A stretch of DNA of 64,000 bases. It comes from Spirochaetia bacterium (GTDB taxonomy: Bacteria > Spirochaetota > Spirochaetia > SZUA-6 > Bin103). Position numbers and translations under genes: made by a program. Below are positions 57,991 to 64,000 of the stretch, in pieces (position 1 is the first letter of the stretch; each line of letters opens with the position of its first letter). The notes under the pieces are model-generated. The model saw only the letters and a program-made list of their open reading frames with translations, was not told where the DNA came from and searched no databases. The DNA is taken from NCBI GenBank assembly GCA_965203905.1, contig CBDBDQ010000005.1, positions 448,001-512,000 of the forward strand, given 5' to 3'.

Positions 57991-58878
57991 TCACCCCTTG
58001 ATCGAGCCTATCATGACCCCCTGGCTGAAGTATTTCTGCAGAAACGGATACACCATCAGGATGGGTACCGTGGAAACCACGATGAGCGCGTACTTGAGGA
58101 TCTCTCCGACGCGCATGATATCTCCCCAGTGCACCGCATCGGTTATGTCCGCTGTGAGATTCGCTATCAGTATGGTTCTCAGAATGATCTGCAGCGGCAT
58201 CAGAACATCGCTCTTCAGATAGATGAGCGGGATAAAAAACTGGTTCCACTGCGATACGGCATGGAACAGCGCCACCACCGCAATGATCGCCTTGGACAGC
58301 GGCAGAACGACGGCAAGAAAGAAGCGCAGGTTGGTGCATCCGTCCATGAATGCGGCGTCCTTCAGCTCGTCCGGCACAGTCTGCTGGAAGAATGTCCGCG
58401 CCACGATGATGTGAAACACGTTGACTGCGAACGGCAGCACCATCACCCAGAAGCTATCGAGCATACCCAGCTTCAGGATGGTGAGGTACGTGGGTATCAG
58501 GCCGCCGTTGAAAAACATGGTGATCACGAAGTAGACCATGAACAGGTTGCGGAAGCGGAAATCTTTCCTGGACAACGCATACGCAGCCGGCAGAATCAAC
58601 AGCAGATGAAACAGCACTCCCACGGACGTGTATGCGAAGGTGTTTCGGTAACTGCGCCAGATCTTCTCGTCCTCGAGCACCTTCTCGTACGCCTGCACGT
58701 TCGGCTTGCGCGGATACAGCCAGACGTAGCCATTGATCACGTAGTCCGGATCGCTGAAGGAAGCGACGATGACGAAGTACAGCGGATACACGACCGATGC
58801 GCATATCAGGACCAGCGTCACGCTCAGGAATACCTGGAACGCGCGGTCGCTGAATGCTTCCGAGTTCGACCGTATCAT
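57991..58878 (-). CDS. Carbohydrate ABC permease (LplC-like)
   Basis: MFFNGGLIPTY, DAAFMDG, YPFLQKYF. Confidence 0.93.
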   Translation of the reverse strand: MIRSNSEAFSDRAFQVFLSVTLVLICASVVYPLYFVIVASFSDPDYVINGYVWLYPRKPNVQAYEKVLEDEKIWRSYRNTFAYTSVGVLFHLLLILPAAYALSRKDFRFRNLFMVYFVITMFFNGGLIPTYLTILKLGMLDSFWVMVLPFAVNVFHIIVARTFFQQTVPDELKDAAFMDGCTNLRFFLAVVLPLSKAIIAVVALFHAVSQWNQFFIPLIYLKSDVLMPLQIILRTILIANLTADITDAVHWGDIMRVGEILKYALIVVSTVPILMVYPFLQKYFSQGVMIGSIKG

Positions 58879-58885
58879 GCCGCTG

Positions 58886-59812
58886 CTACCATAGCGTCGT
58901 CTGCTTCATGGACTTCGCAAGCTGGTTCGTCGCCAACAGCAGGACAAAGTTGACCAACGTCTGAAACAGGCCCACCGCAGTGGCGAAACTGAACTGCGAG
59001 CGGCCGATGCCGACCTTGTATACGTACGTGGGAAGCACCTCGGCAACATCGAGAATGAGGCTGTTCTGCATCAGAAACACCTTCTCGAAGCCGATCGTCA
59101 TCAGCACCCCGACCCTGAGAATCAGCAGGATCATGATCGTCGGCAGCAGCGAGGGGATGTCGATGTGGATGATCTTCTGCAGCCTGGTGGCGCCATCGAC
59201 GCGCGCCGCCTCGTACAGGTTGGGGTCCACGGCCGACAGCGCGGCCAGGTAGATGATGCTCGACCAGCCCATGTGCTGCCACACGTCACTGACGACGTAG
59301 ATGGTTCGGAACCATTGCTGCGCGGCAAGCAGATTGATCGGAGTGGCGCCGATTGCTCTGACCGCGGCCCCGTACAAGCCGGCTTGGGGCGACAGGAACA
59401 GCTTGATCATGCCGACGATGACCACGATCGATATGAAGTGCGGCATGTAGGTGACGGTCTGGACGAATCGCTTGGCCCGTTCGTTGCGCACCTCGTTCAG
59501 CAGCAAGGCGAGGAAGATGGGCGCCGGAAACGCAATCACCAGGATGTACAGATTCAGCAGCAGCGTATTGAAGACCACCGGCCATCCGTACGCGGAGTTG
59601 AAAAACCGTTCGAAGTGCTTGAACCCCACCCAGGGACTGCCGACGATTCCGCGGGCGATGCGGAAGTCCTTGAAGGCGATGATGATGCCGTACATGGGGA
59701 CGTAGTTCACCACGAAGACGATGATTACCGCCGGCAGCAGAAACAGGATCAGGTCGTTGTTATGGCGCTTGGCGGTTCCGTTTCCGTCGAGCGGGAGTCC
59801 TGACTCTGCCAT
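58886..59812 (-). CDS. Carbohydrate ABC permease (LplB-like)
   Basis: IAFKDF, YMPHFIS, LYEAARVDGA. Confidence 0.93.
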   Translation of the reverse strand: MAESGLPLDGNGTAKRHNNDLILFLLPAVIIVFVVNYVPMYGIIIAFKDFRIARGIVGSPWVGFKHFERFFNSAYGWPVVFNTLLLNLYILVIAFPAPIFLALLLNEVRNERAKRFVQTVTYMPHFISIVVIVGMIKLFLSPQAGLYGAAVRAIGATPINLLAAQQWFRTIYVVSDVWQHMGWSSIIYLAALSAVDPNLYEAARVDGATRLQKIIHIDIPSLLPTIMILLILRVGVLMTIGFEKVFLMQNSLILDVAEVLPTYVYKVGIGRSQFSFATAVGLFQTLVNFVLLLATNQLAKSMKQTTLW

Positions 59813-60006
59813 CAGCAATTCAGCCCGGTGATTGTTATGCCTTCGACGAAGTACCTTTGAAAGAAGGCGAATAAAACGGTGGTGTAACAACATCGAATTC
59901 AGTGATACTATTGTAAATCGAAGTCCCGAGTTGAAGGACGGCTGCGGCTTCATCACGCCGGATACGGGCGGTGACCGCGCTTCCGTAGTGTAGCAGCGTC
60001 GCCCGC

Positions 60007-60570
60007 TCAGGAGAGACCCGCAGGGGCTTGAGGATCAGGCCGGTGCTCTGCGGGACCGTCGAGCATCCGCCGCACCAATGATTCGGGCTCAATAAGAAGG
60101 TCCGAGACTCGCTTCCCTAGAGCCTCAGCGATTGCAGTCAATGTCTTTACCCTGGGCGTCTGTTCGCCGTTCTCGAGCCGTACCAGCGTAACGCGTCCAA
60201 TGTTTGCCGCTCGTGATAGCTCCTCCTGAGTCAATCCCGCCGAATCTCGCAACGCTCTGAGTCGCTCGCCGAGGATCCGCCTTCCGCCCATGGCTATCGC
60301 CTCAATGGTGAATCGGTAGGATTCGTCACAGTAGTGACGCGCGAAATCCCAGGGAATCTCAATGTGTTCCCCGTTGACCGTGTTGAGAATCATCTGGTAT
60401 GGGTTCGGCAATTCAAGACTGGACAGGTCCGTAGCGTCATCGATCTCATCAATATCGCTATAGGGTATCATGCCTTTGTACCCATCTGCGAAGCTCAACT
60501 GGACTCCATCGGCCACTATGGTAGCGGCCATCATCATCCGATCTGCGTTCTTTACCAGAACCGCATCCAT
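60007..60570 (-). CDS. XRE-HTH protein with a DUF2442-like N-terminus (putative antitoxin)
   Basis: LSFADG N-terminal motif; LGERLRALR..GLTQEEL..RLENG..P..TL..IA.AL. Confidence 0.8.
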   Translation of the reverse strand: MDAVLVKNADRMMMAATIVADGVQLSFADGYKGMIPYSDIDEIDDATDLSSLELPNPYQMILNTVNGEHIEIPWDFARHYCDESYRFTIEAIAMGGRRILGERLRALRDSAGLTQEELSRAANIGRVTLVRLENGEQTPRVKTLTAIAEALGKRVSDLLIEPESLVRRMLDGPAEHRPDPQAPAGLS

Positions 60571-60573
60571 CGC

Positions 60574-60645
60574 CTATCCTCCATGAATGGCTTCCCGCGT
60601 GTTGATAACGAACCGAAACTGTCCTTCCGTGACGACGGTCGGCAC
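60574..60645 (-). pseudogene. Internally deleted DUF4160-like gene
   Basis: VPTVVTEGQFRFVINTRE/AIHGG* joins the typical N- and C-termini without the central PPHVH core. Confidence 0.6.
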
Positions 60646-60862
60646 TCGGAATCCTCGGACAGCGTAGCCACGCTCCCCCCGCGCATCGCGATCATCCGTG
60701 TATCACAGCGCGGCCTATGGCCGCAACCAAAGGAAGCTGACGAGGCAGGTAGCGAACAGGTCCCGGTCGCGACTACCGGCACGAGCAAGCTGATGAGGTG
60801 AAACAGGCGTCGCTCCCGCGATATAAGGAGTAACTCCAAACCACTCCACGCAGGAGGACGCC

Positions 60863-62413
60863 ATGGGTCCCTTTATACAGCGCCACCAGGATAACGTCAC
60901 GGGTGTACTGAGCGGCTTTGATCGGCTGGTGCTCCGAGGCACCTTACGGACGCTCTCCTATAGCGCCGGCATGATGAACTTCCTGTACGAGATCGGGGTG
61001 CTGCTGAAGGAATTCGGCGGCTACGTCGAACGTACCACCAAGCACCTGCGAACGGCCTGCTACGAGATGGCGCGACAACTCGAGCGGCCGGTGATCTACC
61101 TTCCGTCGAGCGCGCCGAGCAAGGAAGCGCTGGCGCAGCAGATCGCCACCCGCGACGTCGTCAGCGACGGCCTGATCTGTCTGTTGAGTTGCGTTGAACC
61201 GTGCCTGAGCTATGAGATTCGCCGCGACCGCGAGCAGCAGCGGTTGGTACTGGAGCCACGCCAGAGGAAGTGTCTGCATCTTTACCACTACTGGATCGAT
61301 CCGGTGTTCGGCTTCATGAGCGCGCGGTTGCAGACCTGGTTTCCGTTCGCCATCCAGATCTGCCTGAACGGGCGGGAATGGCTGGCGCGCCAGTTGGACA
61401 CCGCGGGCGTGCCGTATGAGCGGCTCGACAACTGCATCGTGCAGGTGGCGGACTGGCAGCAGGCGCAGCGGTTGCTGGAAGAGCAGGTGGAGTTTGCTTG
61501 GCCGGCGGCCCTGGGGGAGATCGCCGAGCGTATCCACCCGACCTTCGCGGAGGTCTTCGGTGACTATCCGGTGGAGTACTACTGGACGGTGTATCAGAGT
61601 GAATGGGCGACCGATGTGGTATTCCGCTCCAGCCGCGCTCTGGCAGAGTTCTATCCGCGCTTGGTGAGCGCCGGTATCAGCACCTTCGCGAGTCCCGACG
61701 TGATGCGATTTCTGGGCAAGAAGCTGCACGGCAACTTCGCTGGCGAAGTGCTCAGCGACTATCGCCGGCGCCGCGAGGGGATCCGGGTGAAACACGCGCT
61801 GGCGGCGAACTCCATCAAGATGTACGACAAGCACGGGATCAGCTTGCGGGTGGAGACCACGCTCAACGACCCGAGTCCGTTCAAGATCGTGCGCGCCGCA
61901 GAGGGTAACCCTGACGGTGCCAAGAGCCGGCGCCCGATGCGCCGTGGCATCAGCGACTTGGCGAGTCGGGCGCAACTCTCGCAGGCGGCCAACGAACGCT
62001 ACTTGCAGGCGCTCGCGAGTCTCGACGTGGAACACCCGCTGCACCACCTGATCGATCCGGTCTGTCGGCCCACGGTGTGGCAAGGCCGTCGCCACCGCGC
62101 ACTGCGACCCTGGTCGCAGGAGGATGGCCTGCTGCTGCAAACGATCAGCGGCGGCGAGTTCGCTCTCCACGGGTTGCGCAATCGCGATCTGCTGACCGCG
62201 CTGTATCCCGACGCGCTCGGGGTAGCCGCCGAACGAGCTCGTGCGGCCTCTCGGGTCACCCGCAAGCTGCGGTTGCTGCGAGCGCACCGAATAATCCGCA
62301 AAGTGGAATCATCCCATCGCTATCTGCTCACCGAAAATGGACGAGCTGTGGTGACTGCGGTCCTTCAGTATCGAACCGTTACCATGAACCAGCTACAACA
62401 GGCTGCTGCCTGA
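60863..62413 (+). CDS. Uncharacterised putative transposase/replication initiator (Rep_trans-like core plus C-terminal winged HTH)
   Basis: GFDRLVLRGT, QSEWATDVVF, IKMYDK..LRVETT, and TRKLRLLRAH.II.K..RYLLT..GR; GGAGG Shine-Dalgarno. Confidence 0.75.
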   Translation: MGPFIQRHQDNVTGVLSGFDRLVLRGTLRTLSYSAGMMNFLYEIGVLLKEFGGYVERTTKHLRTACYEMARQLERPVIYLPSSAPSKEALAQQIATRDVVSDGLICLLSCVEPCLSYEIRRDREQQRLVLEPRQRKCLHLYHYWIDPVFGFMSARLQTWFPFAIQICLNGREWLARQLDTAGVPYERLDNCIVQVADWQQAQRLLEEQVEFAWPAALGEIAERIHPTFAEVFGDYPVEYYWTVYQSEWATDVVFRSSRALAEFYPRLVSAGISTFASPDVMRFLGKKLHGNFAGEVLSDYRRRREGIRVKHALAANSIKMYDKHGISLRVETTLNDPSPFKIVRAAEGNPDGAKSRRPMRRGISDLASRAQLSQAANERYLQALASLDVEHPLHHLIDPVCRPTVWQGRRHRALRPWSQEDGLLLQTISGGEFALHGLRNRDLLTALYPDALGVAAERARAASRVTRKLRLLRAHRIIRKVESSHRYLLTENGRAVVTAVLQYRTVTMNQLQQAAA

Positions 62414-62436
62414 ATCTTGCCAAAAAAACAAGATTC
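62412..62436 (+). other. Hairpin at the 3' end of the putative element
   Basis: GAATCTTG-ccaaaaaaa-CAAGATTC overlapping the stop codon; no U-tract follows. Confidence 0.7.
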
Positions 62437-62773
62437 TGAGGCATCATGTCATAGAGCGATACATACAGTCAAGCATCACACGTCCCGCCGGCAGGCACCG
62501 CGGCCGGCGAAGAACAGCCACTCCTCGGCGGCGTGCGGATGGTTGTGGCGTGGGCGGGCCTCCGACGCGCGCCTCGTCCCACGCCTTCAGCGGCACGGTG
62601 TCTCAGTCGTCGGTGAACCATTACGCTGCCGGTCGGCACCTTGACGGCGAGGATGTCGGAGGGGCCAGCCATCCTCCAAAGTCGCGCGCTGCTCGTGCGA
62701 CCACGTGTAGCTGCCGGGGACGACCATGATCTCGCGGGGCGCTGCACACCATGGGATATGCTAAGGGATACTC

Positions 62774-64000
62774 ATGCAAGCCACCATCGCCTATCAGCCA
62801 CGGGAGATACCGATTGCCGAGCCCTACGACGTGGTGGTCTGCGGCGGCGGCCCGTCGGGCGTCGGAGCCGCGCTGGCCGCCGCGCGCAACGGGCTGAAGA
62901 CCCTGGTCGTCGAAGGGCAGGGCCAGCTCGGCGGCATGGGCACGTCGGGGCTGGTGTCGCACTGGCTCGGCGGGCGCACCAACGGGTGTCGGCACTGGGT
63001 GGTCGGCGGGATCTTCCGGGAGCTGGCGATGGAGGGGGCCGAGCGGGGCATCGCGCTGCTGCCCAGGCCGCAGCCGGGCAAGGGCTACTCGCCGTTCGGC
63101 TGGAACGCCGAGCGCGGCGGCCAGTTGACCGCCGGCGTACCGTTCGATCCCTTCGCAATGAGCGGCCTGCTGGACGAGAAGATGGCCGCGGCCGGCGTCA
63201 CCCTGCTCTACCTGGCGCGGGTGGTGGACGTATTGCAGGAGGGCGACCGCATCACCCACCTGGTGCTGCACAACAAGAGCGGCTTCAGCGCCGTGCCCGC
63301 CACCCTGGTGGTGGATGCCACCGGCGACGCCGACGTGGCGGTGCTGTCGGGCTGCGAGACCGTGATCGGGCGCAGGCAGGACCGGCTCATGACCCCGGTC
63401 ACCCTCCAGGTGCACATGGACGGGATCGATCAGGAGGCGCTGGCGGAGTACATCAACCGCAACGACTCGCCGCGCTTCCTGAGCGAGATCGAGGAGCTGC
63501 GCGGCAAGGGCGAATGGCCGTTCATCTACGAACGGTTCATCACCGTGCAGATGACCGAGCCGGGCACGATGATGGTGAACACGCCGCGCATCACCGGCAT
63601 CGACGGCACCGACGGCGCCTCGGTCACCAAGGGCATGATCCAGGGCCGGCGCGAGATCCTGCAGTTGCTGGAGGTGATGCGCAAGCACTTCCCCGGCTGC
63701 CGCAACGCGCGGCTGCGCGCGGTGGCGCCGCTGCTGGGCGTGCGCGAGACCCGCCGCATCGTCGGCGACTACCGCTTCACCGTGCAGGACGTGGTGGAGC
63801 GGCGCGCGGTTGCGGACACCATCGGCTTCACCGCCTACGGCTGGGACCTGCCGGATCCGGTCAAGCCCAGCCATCAGCCGATGACGGCGGCGGGCACCAG
63901 GCGCATCGCGGTCACCTCGATTCCCTACCGCATCCTGCTGCCGCGGCCGGTGCCCAATCTCATCTGTCCGGGCCGGGCGGTGAGCGTGGAGCGCCACGTG
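62774..64000 (+). CDS. FAD-dependent oxidoreductase (runs off the window)
   Basis: Not in the ORF track. Hand translation gives MQATIAY..YDVVVCGGGPSG..AAARNG..LGGMGTSG, VDATGDADVA, GVRETRRI and IPYRILLP. Confidence 0.92.
   Translation, partial: MQATIAYQPREIPIAEPYDVVVCGGGPSGVGAALAAARNGLKTLVVEGQGQLGGMGTSGLVSHWLGGRTNGCRHWVVGGIFRELAMEGAERGIALLPRPQPGKGYSPFGWNAERGGQLTAGVPFDPFAMSGLLDEKMAAAGVTLLYLARVVDVLQEGDRITHLVLHNKSGFSAVPATLVVDATGDADVAVLSGCETVIGRRQDRLMTPVTLQVHMDGIDQEALAEYINRNDSPRFLSEIEELRGKGEWPFIYERFITVQMTEPGTMMVNTPRITGIDGTDGASVTKGMIQGRREILQLLEVMRKHFPGCRNARLRAVAPLLGVRETRRIVGDYRFTVQDVVERRAVADTIGFTAYGWDLPDPVKPSHQPMTAAGTRRIAVTSIPYRILLPRPVPNLICPGRAVSVERHV

Noticed and set aside
56327-58339. 670-aa version of the SBP
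   Set aside because: The extension overlaps the permease; the SD plus TTG at 57955 gives a proper signal peptide.
60738-60815. Hammerhead-ribozyme-like cores CTGACGA..GAAC and CTGATGA..GAAAC
   Set aside because: The first lacks GAAA. The second has only 3 nt for stem II and no proper stem I pairing.
60811-62460. TCGCTC/GAGCGA as terminal inverted repeats of the Rep-like element
   Set aside because: Only 6 bp and no flanking duplication; compatible with chance.

Overview
High-GC bacterial accessory region with no rRNA, tRNA or CRISPR array. The N-termini of the solute-binding proteins resemble those of uncultured Spirochaetota/host-associated heterotrophs (inference only). The backbone is catabolic and transport genes: one peptide-type and two LplABC-type carbohydrate ABC clusters, a Baeyer-Villiger monooxygenase, two amidases, a sulfatase, dehydrogenases, a haloacid dehalogenase, FG-GAP beta-propeller proteins, alpha/alpha-toroid putative glycan enzymes and a radical SAM enzyme. 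Many mobile and defence elements are interspersed. These include (i) a complete 3,060-bp IS1-like cargo transposon (7180-10239) with TIRs and an 8-bp target duplication, carrying a DNA methyltransferase and three unknown genes; (ii) an ISAzo13 element with TIRs and a TAA duplication; (iii) a TIR-less element encoding a Rep_trans-like 'YDK..RVE' protein with a 3' hairpin, a candidate undescribed rolling-circle transposon; (iv) a DUF222-like/HNH element; (v) a Septu-like PtuA/PtuB pair behind an inverted-repeat-bounded leader; (vi) a low-GC three-gene operon headed by a papain-like Cys-His protein; (vii) six TA loci, four with a broken or missing toxin, plus many gene fragments. All family assignments come from motif recognition, not database searches.
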